Shown here: piece after piece, positions 50,318 through 64,000 of the stretch
Numbering within the stretch: position 1 is the stretch's first letter
Layout of the letters: each line of letters opens with the position of its first letter
From: Octopus sinensis
Lineage: Eukaryota
Reading direction: 5' to 3'
DNA length: 64,000 nucleotides
Assembly: GCF_006345805.1 (NCBI RefSeq)
Contig: NC_042999.1
Location: 58,776,001-58,840,000 of the forward strand
The notes under the pieces: generated by a model
Databases searched by the model: none
Told to the model about the DNA's origin: nothing
The model's input: the letters and a program-made list of their open reading frames with translations, nothing else
Program-made: the position numbers and the translations under genes

Positions 50318-50739
50318 TAACAACAAACAAGATGAGGACAAATATCCGTCGAATGTAACTAATGTAAATGATGGTAGTGGTTCTGAATAAAGAGTCCCAT
50401 GAATCACATATGCTTTCGTCATACACTCTACAGAGACATACGAACCCTTAGGATAAATTCAGTGGCATTCTCGGAGACTGAGCATGATTGCAAATCTTGA
50501 CACTTAACCACACAACCAAGTCTGCACCATTATACGAAAGAATTTTGAAATATCAGAATAAGTTTGTGTTGAATAATCGATCATGTTGAAATTTGGAGTG
50601 ACATGTAGGGAAACGACGCTTAGTATAAAATATGCTTGATAAAAAAAGATGAAGGAAGAGAAATGGGAAAGAGTTAATATTGTAGATTAACAATAATGTA
50701 ATATCATATAATGCTAAGTATATATTATCGATGAAACAT

Positions 50740-50803
50740 ATATGTATATATATATATATATATATAATATATATATAATATATATATAATATATATATAT
50801 ATA

Positions 50804-50849
<46 letters not shown>

Positions 50850-50867
50850 TATATATATATATATATA

Positions 50868-50935
<68 letters not shown>

Positions 50936-51051
50936 GTATGTATATATATTCATATATGTATATGTAAATATATATACACACACATATATATATATATAAA
51001 TATATTCACATATATACATACGCACACAAATATATATAAATTCCCATACAT

Positions 51052-51116
<65 letters not shown>

Positions 51117-51353
51117 ACTGTGACTGACAGTTTCTTTTGGGTTATATATATATATATATACATACACACTTGTACATACATATATACACATATCTGTATG
51201 TATACATTATAATATTTGCATAAAATGTATACACATAGAAGTACACAGGCACATACATATATATATATGTACATATTTGTTCATCTATTTACCTCCTCTA
51301 TCTCTCTATCAATGAGTTTGTATGTGTATATGCATGCATCATAAATACACATA

Positions 51354-51410
<57 letters not shown>

Positions 51411-51438
51411 TTATATATATATATGTATACTTATGCAA

Positions 51439-51495
<57 letters not shown>
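50740..51495. repeat. (TA)n/(CA)n compound microsatellites
   Basis: Direct reading. Confidence 0.9.
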
Positions 51496-51496
<1 letters not shown>

Positions 51497-52499
51497 TAGT
51501 TCAGGTGGTGTGTATTGGTGGTTTGGAGAACACAGATATGTGCCAAGTTTCATACATTGGAGTAGGAGCGTTTTCTCTAAATGTTGATATGAATAAAAAT
51601 GAAGGGAGATGGATAAAAAAAAGGCATCATATAAAGGCAGTATGAAAAAATGCAGAAGCTCGGCGTATGATTGTCAGTGACAATTACATGAAGTGAAATG
51701 CAATACGTCTGTCAATGACAATAAAAGTGTGTGAAATGGAAAAAATCCACACACATGAAAAGCTGTAAGTAAGTCGCTCGGTATGTGATTGTTAGTGACA
51801 ATGAAAGGGTCTTATGTAATGCAGTAGGTAGGCTGGTACAATATTCGGATGCTGCTATGGTTGATGACAACGAAAATATTAATCCTAAGTTTGAATTCAG
51901 TGTATTTAATCGATACATCCGTATATTATACTTTACTAATAAGTGGCGAAAATATTTCAATGTAATACAAGAGTAGGAATTTAATACAAGAGTACGATCG
52001 TGAATATAAATGACCGAACAAGGTCTTTTCCAATTGTTCATTAGGGAAATATTACTTTAGAGGATGCATAGCTTGACATCAAGGGTCTTTCCAAGTTTAA
52101 CTGCTCTATGTCTCCTTTCAGAAGACACATCTGCGATGTTGCGGGCATGCGATTTGAACGTCGCAACCAAGATAGATTCTTGTAACCCAGACAACCGGAA
52201 GAAGACCTAAGATTAAGCGTAATCAAGAATGAGATAGTTTGGTAATGTTCATAGTCTCAGTTAGTCACACTTGAAAATCCCCCTCGAAAGTCTTAGAATG
52301 GTTGGTTCCTTCGTAGGTGCTGAAATCCCTACTTCCTCGTCACTCCCAGAAATAGTAGGCTGAGAAGATGAATGGATAGATGGCTGGTATACAATGGAGC
52401 AGTTTCAACGACCACCCAGTTGATATTAGAAGTATAAATGCCTCTATCATTTAGGTATAAAACTATTTTGACTGCGGGGATGTTTTGACCGTTTGTGTT

Positions 52500-53600
52500 T
52501 TTCTTCCGCAGAGGTTACAACATATTCGGCGTCATAGAAGTCATTAGACAGGAGGCTATTAATTAGGTTGGCTTTGGATGTAGCAAAAGTTGCATCGAAA
52601 TGGTTGTGAATCAGAAAGTGGGAGCCATGGAATAGGTAGTGCTACCTGTGGTAGTGTTAACTGGACACAAGCTGGGTCTCGATCAACTCCGTTTGGGTCA
52701 GTTAGGTTAGGGTGTCTGATTTTAAGAAAAAGAAAATATGAAACACCTTCATTGTGTGCGAAGATGTATCATAAGATAACGTTCGGGAAAAATGGAGTAA
52801 AGTGATAAGCTGGTTGAATCTTGCATGGCGTGCTGTATCCAGTCAAATCTGTTTACGATGGCAACATATATCTTCATATATCATCTCTATGAGCAGAATG
52901 ACGGTCGAGTGTTCTTGGTTTGGAGAGAGAAAGCTGTGGGTTAATATCATTGTCAGACCATTTTAAAAGTTGTGACGAAGTACAGAGTGTCATGAGGGTT
53001 CTACGTGACACAACGTGAGTTTGATTTTGGTGAACTTTTAGGATTTTCAATATTTTGCTTAGTTTTTGGTATCATTAATATCACTTTGTTGGTATTTTTA
53101 ATTATAGTTGTTGCTGATTGCAGTGATGCCTTTAGAGCGCAGTTGACGTAGGTATGTTTGTTTTATGTCAATCCTTGAGAAATATGGGTTGTTATATTTC
53201 AGCTGTTTTCTGGTGTCGGATAAAAGTAGGTGTCAAATTTGTGGTCCAGATCGAAATTATTTATATTTTCTATTCCAGTTTTCCCTATGTGGTTTATGGT
53301 GGATGATTTTTCGAAAAACAGAAACAATCTACGATAAGGTTTTCTAGCAGTTGTCTGTGCGTGTGTACGTTATGTGGGTGTGCTGTTGCGACATGGAGTG
53401 TGACATGGTCACCATTATTGTTCTTGAATCTGCTAAATATCTTGTATAAGGATTTATTGATTGTTTTGTGATTTACTTCGCATAGTACTTCTTTGCTTAG
53501 CATTTCGATAATGCGTCTTATTCTTCTTCTGTGGTGTTGCTGTTTTATTTTTGAAGTTGGTCTGAGCTTAAATCAGGATCTTTTCTGTACTATCAAAACG
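52500..53600 (-). mobile_element. Possible very old AP-endonuclease LINE remnant (I/Jockey-like)
   Basis: A/C-rich minus strand; RHPNLTDPN...PWLPLSDSQP weakly resembles the end of the APE domain (SDH motif). Confidence 0.3.
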
Positions 53601-53949
53601 TGAACGTCAAATTCGATGAAATTTTCGTTAGTCTTATAAAAGTAATTTTTACGCCGTTAAATTTATAACACGTTACTTTTTTTTACAAATTTTGCGAGTG
53701 TTTGAATTAGTAAACAGTTAGAATTTGTTTTGAAGCTAGTAATAGTCTTTATCATAGTTGTTTAAAATACAGCGGTTTGTGAAACATGTGCGTTTATATG
53801 ACGTTTATATGGTGTTGTCTGATTCTATCTGCATTAATATGTTATTTTAGTATTATATTTATTTAGTATTATATTTATTTATATATCTATAAAGTAGTAT
53901 ACTTGCTTATATATTTGTTCAGTATTATAATTATTGTGTCAGTGCTATA

Positions 53950-54358
53950 GGCGCAGGAGTGGCTGTGTGGTAAGTAGCTTGCTTACAAACCACATGGTTC
54001 CGGGTTCAGTCTCACTGCATGGCACCTTGGCCAAGTGTCTTCTACTATAGCCTCGGGCCGACCAAAGCCTTGTGAGTGGATTTGGTAGACGGAAACTGAA
54101 AGAAGCCAGTCGGATATATATGTATATATATATGTGTGTGTGTGTGTGTTTGTGTGTCTATGTTTGTCCCTCCAACATCGCTTGACAACCGATGCTGGTG
54201 TGTTTGCATCCCTGTAACTTAGCGGTTCGGCAGAAGAGACCGGTAGAATAAATACTAAGCTTAAAAAGAATAAGTCCTGTGGTCGATTCGCTCGACTGGA
54301 GGCGTTGCTCCAACATGGCCGCAGTCAAATTACTGAAACAAGTCAAATAGTAAAAGAG
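53950..54358 (+). mobile_element. SINE family S1, full length
   Basis: ggcgcaggagtggctgtgtggtaag head, B-box ggttcagtc, internal (TA)(TG), tail catggccgcagtcaaattactgaaac. Confidence 0.93.
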
Positions 54359-54835
54359 AGAGAGTTAGTTTTTATTTTTATGCAAATTGTATTTTTCGAG
54401 CTACCTCAAATTGTTGAATTTATGTACGTCAATGTTCGTGATCGTAGTGTTGCTGAATGTTGCGAATATTGTTTTGGACATGCGAATGGCTCCACGTCTT
54501 TTGTTTCTTTTTGAAGTTTGTAACAGGTTTTCATTTTTCATTGATGTGCGAACGAGCTGTGATGATGATGGAATGTATGAATTGGCAGTGCTGTTTTGAA
54601 ACAGCGTTCGCCATGCGTTACTAGTAGCTTGGCGTGTTCACAAAAATTGAAAACAGGCTGTGATAGCTTGATACGATGGTGTGTGAAGCTAAGGACATTT
54701 CGAATCACTGTGCTTTGGCTTTAGTTTTCGTTGTTGTTTTTATACCTCCCTGCATTGTGTCCATATACAAATCTTCTATGATGGGTATAAGGTTAAAGGG
54801 ATAGGACTGCAGTAACGGCTGAATGAGATTCAATG

Positions 54836-54881
<46 letters not shown>

Positions 54882-55049
54882 GAATATATGTATATATTTA
54901 ATTACATCAAATATATCAAATCGTCTTAAAGGGATGTTACCATCCAAGTTACCCGGTTATATCCAGTGCTTCAGTGAAAATATTTGTCTATTTATTAATT
55001 TCTCCATTTTCTTTTTTCCATACAAGAATACACACCACACACACACACA

Positions 55050-55098
<49 letters not shown>

Positions 55099-55619
55099 AC
55101 ACACACACACACTCACTCAGACACACATATGCACGCACATACAAAAATATTTGACATCTAGCATTAAAGAAGTGTCTCTAAAAATAGCTAATGCAGATAC
55201 GAAATAGAACACACGCTCACACGTGTATTTATGGGTGTGTGTGTGTTTATATGTGTATGTGGGTATGTATGTGCCTGTATGTATGTTCGTATATATTTAT
55301 TACATTAATATAATTATGGTTGCTGATATTTTGAATTTCTCCATGCCATATTATCGCTTGTGTTTTTTTTTTTGTTGAGTAGATTCTTTTATATATTTTA
55401 TAAGGTCTCAGCTGAATTTGACTCTGTCATATTTGATTTCAGTCTAGATACAACGTTGAAGAATTCTCTATTGTGTTTTCAGAGATCTGTCCTTAATTGT
55501 AATGGCATAAATGTGATGTGCGGCAAAGTATTTCTTTACTTCTATAAAAGTGTTTCTTTGCCCGTTATTTTAATATTCCTCCATATTTGTATTAATTTGA
55601 CAACGTTTATTATAATATG

Positions 55620-56100
55620 TGAAGAGCAAAAATGTTTTGTTTAATATCTTTCATGCTAAACTATAAAGTTGAACTACTAGCCGTACTTCTTACCTTTATT
55701 GTCGTTATTTTATTGTAATATGTCACAAAAATATGTATGCGACAATGTGAGATGTTAGTAAATAGAGTTGCTTGGTATCTCTGTTAATATTATATTGGAA
55801 AATACGTTGTTAAAGATTTTAATGTATGTTTTATGCAGAGGCGCCGCTTTGGATTTAATGCATGTGTAGTTTTACCCTCGTATTTCTCTAGACGTTACTA
55901 TATATCGAATTGTTATCATACGTCCGGCTTTGAAGCTATGATTTTTATATTATATTAGAGCCAATATATCTAATATTTTGACTAGTTTTCAATACACTAG
56001 GGTGAACGTTTCTTACAATTTATCCGCAAATTCCATTGTGCCAATCGAGAACATATATATTCACTGTAAGAGCATATATAGTCGTTGTAAGGAATTATGT
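55620..56100 (-). mobile_element. Possible Penelope-like GIY-YIG endonuclease remnant
   Basis: Minus-strand RYIGS, followed across frameshifts by an FK.R.Y.N-like stretch; heavily degraded. Confidence 0.25.
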
Positions 56101-57039
56101 TGCTGTTGCCTAAATATGTTTACACCTCTGCCACCGATATAATAGTTATGAAACACATGCAGGCGTAAATTCACTCGATTGTGCCCTTCACTTTAAAATG
56201 CGTAGTAGCGTTATCATTTAATATATTGTTATGTAAATGTTTATAATTGTAATGGCGTATATAGCCATGGGAATATTGACGTTGGAGGGCAATTTATTAG
56301 TGCTAAATTTGTAGTTAAAGCATTCACATCTAGTACATCCGTACGAAGTTGTAAAACCTAGTGACCTAACACGGTTAACACGATACCACTGATTTTAGCC
56401 ACAAATAACCATATTTGCTCACTTTTATTGTATTTCAACCTGACATTTGTAGCCAAGCAATATATCGTCGACGCCATATTGCTTTATGTCAAAGATTTTA
56501 TGGGAACATTTTAGAAAAGACATACGCTGCGTTACTTCGTGTGATGTATAATATTTTTTCATATTTGTTTTTGTTATGCTTAGTCGTGTAATTCTTTTTC
56601 TACTTGTTCAATTTCTTCTTGTTTCCATTCATTCATATCCTTATCCACCTGTTTCTTTCTGAGGCTACTCCTCTTCTATACAACATCTAGCATTAAAGAA
56701 ATGTTCTTAACGAGAATTGCTAATGCAGATATTAAATAGAATGTAGAATATTTCTAACATCGCTCTAGCGTAGTAATATACTGAAGATCTCTAGATATAT
56801 ATAGTTTCTATCTTCTGCTTTCTATGTTTATGTACTTGCGTATGTCTGTCTATATGTGAATATATATATTTCTGCATAAGTAATCCCCTGTTAGTGTTGT
56901 TATCGTTGTTGTTGTTGTTGTTGTTGTTGTTATTCCTAGCATTACAATACCGCATAACTATCATAAAAAATATGTACCACTCCGCGTTACTAATTTTCTT
57001 TGCAATCTCATACATATACGTATACATACATACATACAT

Positions 57040-57391
57040 ACATACTACACATACAAATATATAAACATATATATATATATATATATAGGTATATTATATG
57101 TATATATATATATATAGTATATATATATGTATATACATTATATATATGATATATATGTATATATATATATATGTATATACATATATATATGTATATATAT
57201 ATGTATATACATATATATATATGTGTATATATATGTATATACATATATATATATGTATATATATATGTATATATATGTATATAGATATATGTATATATGT
57301 ATATATATATGTATATATATAAATATATATGTATAATATATATATTAGTATATATATATATATGTATATATATGTAATATATATATGTATA

Positions 57392-57426
<35 letters not shown>

Positions 57427-57432
57427 TATGTA

Positions 57433-57463
<31 letters not shown>

Positions 57464-57856
57464 GTATATATATATATATTCTATATATATATATATGTAT
57501 ATATATGTATATATAATATGTATATATATGTATATATATGTATATATATATATGTTATATATATATATATGTATATGTATATATGTATATGTATATATGT
57601 ATATATGTATATATATATATATGTATATATGTATATATATATATATGTATTTATGTATATATGTATATATATATATGTATATATGTATATATGTATATAT
57701 ATATATATGTATTTATGTATTTATGTATATATATATATGTATATATGTATATATGATATATATATATATGTATTTATGTATTTATGTATATATATATATG
57801 TATATATGTATATATGTATATATATATATATATGTATATATAATATATATATATAT

Positions 57857-57900
<44 letters not shown>
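57040..57900. repeat. About 860-bp (TA)n/(TATG) compound tract
   Basis: Direct reading. Confidence 0.95.
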
Positions 57901-57903
<3 letters not shown>

Positions 57904-58399
57904 ATCTATATGCATTCCTTTTAAAATTTATCAATTCCACTGTCTCTTGACAATGAGCGTGATTCAGTATATTTGTCTATTTAGCTCACGTTTCTCTCTT
58001 AACCATAATATTAGAGAAAATTAAATCATTGTTGCTGCCATGCAAAGAGAAAGGTCGTTATTGATTTTTCTTCTTTTGTTTTCGAAAAACTTTGAATATA
58101 TTTGAGTTGGATTTCTTAGAATTAGCCATTTTGTATTCAGGAACAAATCTCCCATCGTCACAGCTATATGCTCTTTGAATTTATATTTTTATTTTATCTC
58201 TATGCTTTTTCTTCGTCTCTTGTTGTCTTTATTCTCCTCTCTTTTTTTTTTTTTTTTTTTTTGCAATTTTGTGTAATTCAGATGGCACTCTGTGTCAGAT
58301 TTCCGACGTCGAATTCTAGCAATGTTGTATGTCTATGAATGTCTCCTTGTAAAGATGTATTGATCTGTATGCGTTCATTTTTTTGTTAATGGCATGCAT

Positions 58400-58435
<36 letters not shown>

Positions 58436-59214
58436 GTATGTATGTATGAGTGTTAGTATATGCATTTATATGTTCACACATGAGTGTAAGTGAGCGCAAA
58501 TATATAAATGTATATATATATATGTGTGTGTGTGCGTGCGTGTGTGTGTTTATGCGTGTACTTAATCTATAAAAATTAATGTATCTATCTATCTATCAAT
58601 CTACCTATATATATATATTACGCAGACACAGATACACATTAGTTCACACACAACACACACATAACACACACACACTTGTACATATGTATATATAGATATA
58701 TACATCTTTACTATGTGTATCTCTGTGTTAGATATATCTGCGAATATACAGTATATGCCTGTAAAAGGAAAGCAAAATAACCATAGTGGAAATGGCCAAA
58801 TACCCACGTACATATCCGCCTTCAAAAATGTGTAAATATATACATACTAATACATACACAAAACATTCATCTTTCATATACATATTTGCATACATACATA
58901 CACTGACATACCCATATACATCAGTCATATATCTATACACACACGCATAAGAAACGTACACACTTACACACGAAATCACACACACTCACACACATATATT
59001 ATATTCACATGATTACTTACATATCTGTGGTTGGGTATGTGAGTAATGGAAATTTATATATTTGTGTAAATGTATGACCCATAATTTTCTTGATTAAGTA
59101 TGAATATATGTATGTGTATACTAGTACAGAACTGTGTCTAGTTGTGAACTGTATTACGCATGCGTATTCATAGTTCCTTTCATATACGCCAAATTTGATG
59201 TATATAAACTGCCG

Positions 59215-59259
<45 letters not shown>

Positions 59260-59310
59260 ATATATACATACACGCATATTGATGTATGTATATATATATA
59301 TATGCACATT

Positions 59311-59341
<31 letters not shown>

Positions 59342-59368
59342 TTAAGTGTATATATAGGCACACATTTA

Positions 59369-59403
<35 letters not shown>

Positions 59404-60245
59404 TTAAGTGTATATATAGGCACACATTTATGTGTGTGTGTATATATATATATGTGTGTGTGTATGTGTGTGTTTGTGTGAGTGTGTGTGTGTGCGTATT
59501 ACATAGATGTGAGCAAAAGAACATGCCCGCAGTCCTGTATCTGTATTGATAGCAGAACTCAGCATGGTACCACATCATAACATCATATCATATGCACATG
59601 GTAATTATTTAAAGCTCAACATAAGTGTTATATCTATATTTTTTTCTTTTATTATTTATCTCTTTGTTTTTTTTCTTCGTTTTTGTTACTTCATAAAAAT
59701 AAGCCACAAATCTAATGGAATACATACATAATAAAGAAGTGCAGAAGTACTTCTCTTAATGTAGGAGAATTTTGGTATGTGTTGTTCTTTTCTCATTTAT
59801 TTTTTGCTGTTGATACTCGGTGGAGAGAGTTTGTAAAGCAATATCTTTTTTTAATATAAGAAATTAATGAATATATTTAAGAGAGTGAAGTACAGATTAA
59901 AATTCAGTATTATTTTCATACGCTCAGCTAATACCAGCCTAGAATATTCCTTTATATGTTTACATTATTTTTATGGAAACACATATTAATTCAGTTATTT
60001 GTTTGCTTAAGTATATTTATCTTCTTATTTCCATAATATATACTCCACATTGAAAACCTAAAAATGTGTGAATTATTGGTTAAGGGATGGATATTTAATT
60101 ATTAGCTTGCAGATATAAAATACATCTATAGAAAACTAATTTAAGTGTAGCAGATATATGAAAAAAAAATACCCAGAACAAAAGCAAAGAAACAAAACAT
60201 TAGATTCGAATACTTTTATCACACTGTACAACGAATTTGTGTGTG

Positions 60246-60284
<39 letters not shown>

Positions 60285-60448
60285 CGCATATATATATACA
60301 TACACATATATCTATATACACATACATACATATATATATACATACATATATATATACATACACACACACATATATATATATATATATTCATACATATATA
60401 TATATACATATTCATACATTCATATATATACGTACATATATATATTTA

Positions 60449-60479
<31 letters not shown>

Positions 60480-60493
60480 ATATATATATTATA

Positions 60494-60547
<54 letters not shown>

Positions 60548-60954
60548 GTATGTATTAATTTACGTGTGTGTGTATGTGAGGGTGTGGGATGGATTTTGCT
60601 GTGTAAGTGTGAGTGTGTGTTTTACTCCAAACAATGTAAGTCAGCCAAACATTGAAATAAATTTCAACACTGCAAAACCTCACTGTGGGTGAAATAAGAA
60701 TGTAAATGCATATTTTCTATGCCAAACTTGTTTGTGCAGAGAAAAGGGAGGGGGTGTTACCTGGCAGACCGTTTCACAGTTTATTGACCGCTCCTTGGAG
60801 TAGACGTGCCCAGCTTCCTTCCCCAATCAACAGCTTGGGTGGAGGATACATTAATCTGTCACTATGTGGGATATCCTAACTGGACACTGGTACTTTTTAA
60901 TATACGTCATTGTCAATGACAGAAATTGAGCGCCACTGAACAATGCAAAACTTA

Positions 60955-61506
60955 AGGCGGCGAGCTGGCAGAGACGTTTGCACGCTGGGCGAAATAAGTA
61001 GAGGTATTTCGTCTGCCGTTACGTTCTGAGTTCAAATTCTGCCGAGGTCGACTTTGCCTTTCATCCTTTCGGGTCGATAAATTAAGTACCAGTTACGTAC
61101 TGGGTCGATATAATTGACTTAATCCGCTTGTCTGTCCTTATTTGTCCTCTCTGTGTTTAGCTACTTGTGGGTAGTAAAGAAATAGGTATTTCGTCTGCCG
61201 TTACGTTCTCAGTTCAAATTCCGCCGAGGTCGACTTTGCCTTTCATCCTTTCGGAGTCGATTAAATAAGTAACAGTTACGCACTGGGGTCAATGTAATCG
61301 ACTTAATCCGTTTGTCTGTCCTTGTTTGTCCTCTCTGTGTTTAGCTCCTTGTGGGTAGTAAAGAAATAGGTATTTCGTCTGCCGTTACGTTCTCAGTTCA
61401 AATTCCGCCGAGGTCAACTTTGTCTTTCATCCTTCCGAGGTCGATCAATATATACCAGTTGCGTACTGGAGTCGATCTAATCGACTGGCCCTCTCCCGCA
61501 AAATTT
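60955..61506 (+). mobile_element. SINE family S2 tandem trimer (one head, three bodies)
   Basis: ggtatttcgtctgccgttacg starts at 61003, 61185 and 61369. Confidence 0.93.
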
Positions 61507-62332
61507 AGAATAAGTACTAGGCTTACAAAGGATTAGCCATAACTTTCTCTTAATCTATCTTCCTGTTTCTTGAGTAACGCTGCGATGGACTGGCGTCCCA
61601 TCCAGCTGGGGGTAACACATACGCCACAGAAACCGGGAAACCGAGTCCATGAGCCTGGCTAGACTTGAAAAGGGCGACGTTTTTCATTTTTATTGAATCG
61701 ATGATTTTTCTTCTAATTTTTGGCACTAGACTAGCAATTTTGAGGGTAGGTTAAATCGGATTTAAGTGACAACAGTGCTCTACTGGTATCTATTTTATTG
61801 ATCCGGAAAGGGTGAAAATCAATGTGGATTATGTTGGAATTCGAACCCATAACGTTAAGAAACGGAAGAAATGATGTTAAACATTTTATACGACTCGCTG
61901 ACAATTATGTCAGTTCGTCACATTATTCTATTAGATGGCTGATATCTACTTGGGAAATGTGATCGTTCAACCTGCAGGAGAACAAGGCCAAATCTCTTAA
62001 ACTATACGGCAATGTCTTATATAAAGAATACATTGTTTGTACTTCTTGGTATGTCAGTGAAAATACAGCGAAGTAATGGCTGGAGTGCCTGTGATCATAG
62101 TTCCACTTGATCAGATGTGACCAAACGCTAAACGCCAACACTTCTGGAACTTTTGTGGAGCCTCTTTCTGGTCTCTAGGTCAGCCAAACGTGGCTGCAAA
62201 CGCTCAACTATATTATACTCTACTGTGGAAGAAATAACTGAAGACGTTGTATGGTACATTATATCCGAAAGCTAAAAATAAAAAAAAAAACGAAACATTC
62301 AAATGGTGGAGAAAAAGGACAGACTGAGTATT

Positions 62333-62559
62333 CTTTACTACCCACAAGGGGCTAAACACAGAGAGGACAAACAAGGAGAAACAAACGGATTAAGTCGATT
62401 ATATCGACCCCAGTGCGTAAGTGGTACTTAATTTATCGACTCCGAAAAGATGAAAGGCAAAGTCGACCTTGGCGGAATTTGAACTCAGAACGTAACGGCA
62501 GACGAAATACAGCTACGAATTTCGCCCGGCGTGCTAACGTTTCTGCCAACTCGCCGCCT
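62333..62559 (-). mobile_element. SINE family S2, full length
   Basis: Reverse complement of the 60955-61184 unit. Confidence 0.93.
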
Positions 62560-63589
62560 TGGTATTGAATACCATCAACTCCGAGGTAATCAAAAACAAA
62601 GTAAACCACTGGTGAAATTAGAACTCATATAGTAGAACGACAAAATTTAATACTACGCAATATTTATTTAACCCGGCGCTCTTTGACGTCTTCCACTCCA
62701 CCGCTTCCCGAATCATGCTCAGTCTCTCATACAATATGTTACTTTACTCGCTTTGCTATACAGTTATTTTCGCAATGGTAGATTCAGAACTTGTGACTCA
62801 AACTACATACAGCTCTGTGAACCAATAATGTAAAAACATTGCAGGGTCAACTTTTCTGAATGTGCTCTGTATCAATTTTATTCCTCATCGTATATTCTTT
62901 GATAGAGAAATTCGATAGTTTGCTTTTCAAGCTTATCACGTCACATTTCGTTGTTATGCATCGCTGGTCTCTACATAGATGCGAATGATATGTTGGCTTT
63001 AATGTCTGTGTTAGTACTTAGTTATATCTTTTCATGTCGTTGCCCGAAATATCTTAACTGGTCAGCTAGAAAAGTAACACGTCAAATTGTTGGAGTTATT
63101 GAATAAACGATCGATGAATAAAAAGGATTTATTTAACAGAACTTCATTTTACATGTTACATATAACTCAAAGTCAATCCGGTTAAGTTAAAGGTTCAGAA
63201 AGATAGAAAATATCTACAAAACATTTTTTTATTTTCTATTTGTTTTTTTATATATTTACATTTCAAGACTGAGCTTCCATGCTTGTCTTGATTTCTTTGT
63301 TGTTGACTTAGTGGAAATAAAGTATACAATTTCGATAGACAAAGTGAGAAACGCAACACGTACACGCACACGCACACTCACACACACTATAACGCAATCG
63401 TTACAACATACATACACACATATAAGTAATGATGATTTTTTTTTTTTAGTTATACATAAGAATCAGTCATTATTAATTGTAGAATCACTCAATATATTTT
63501 AAGCAGTATATGACATTTTTTGCGAGGAAAAATTTGACAGGGACTTCGAAAGTGTGGTTATCGTTGGCGAAATTTTATATACATACTCA

Positions 63590-63783
<194 letters not shown>

Positions 63784-63829
63784 CAAGCAGCGGAATCATT
63801 ATGAATATCAAAAGATAAATATGGGTAAA

Positions 63830-64000
63830 GACATCCTTCGGCCATGAATGACCATGGGATTGCGCCTAGAAACTTACCCACCGAGGCACAAATCCGAGGG
63901 ATGTTGTTTTATAGAAGACCAGCAGTCTTCCATGCATACCAGCCTTTCCTCTCCACGCCACCGATGTTGTCTAATGGAAAGGCCGGTACAGCTCGGCGCC
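63830..64000 (-). mobile_element. SINE tail T3 (cut by window edge)
   Basis: Homologous to 24990-25175. Confidence 0.8.

Larger units (their letters stand above)
49838..50350. repeat. Inverted pair of HHR-bearing ~105-bp units (49838-49941 minus / 50248-50350 plus)
   Basis: Shared gaaggctggagggtatatcagccgaaacgttgtgttaacaacaaacaagatgaggacaaatatccgtc. Confidence 0.92.

Noticed and set aside
60760-60815. Minus-strand GAAACGGTC with ggca/tgcc pairing
   Set aside because: No core and no stem II.

Overview
AT-rich, microsatellite-dense eukaryotic DNA. The SINE families and repeat make-up look like an octopus/cephalopod genome; this is my recognition, not a database hit. I recognise no host protein-coding gene, and nearly all listed ORFs are read-through of (TA)n/(TG)n/(TCTA)n tracts or transposon remnants. 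Recognisable elements: R4/Dong-like, HERO-like, RTE-like and CR1-like LINE fragments (one CR1-like RT ORF of 445 aa), four mariner copies with TIRs and TA target duplications plus one remnant, two non-autonomous Helitrons, and many tRNA-derived SINEs. The main unexplained signal is RNA structure. At least a dozen hammerhead-ribozyme (HHR)-like motifs can be folded by hand. Most are the minimal type I form typical of Penelope-like retroelements, are packed into 41.9-50.4 kb, and often occur as outward-facing inverted pairs. One has a fully canonical core (44145-44217); others carry core variants (U3-A8, U4C, A6U). The best candidate for an undescribed system is at 8653-8739, in the 3' UTR of a HERO-like retrotransposon remnant. 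There the three hammerhead helices abut GUC, GAAA and CUGAAG, but in a non-standard pseudoknotted strand order. All ribozyme calls are hand predictions and none is tested.
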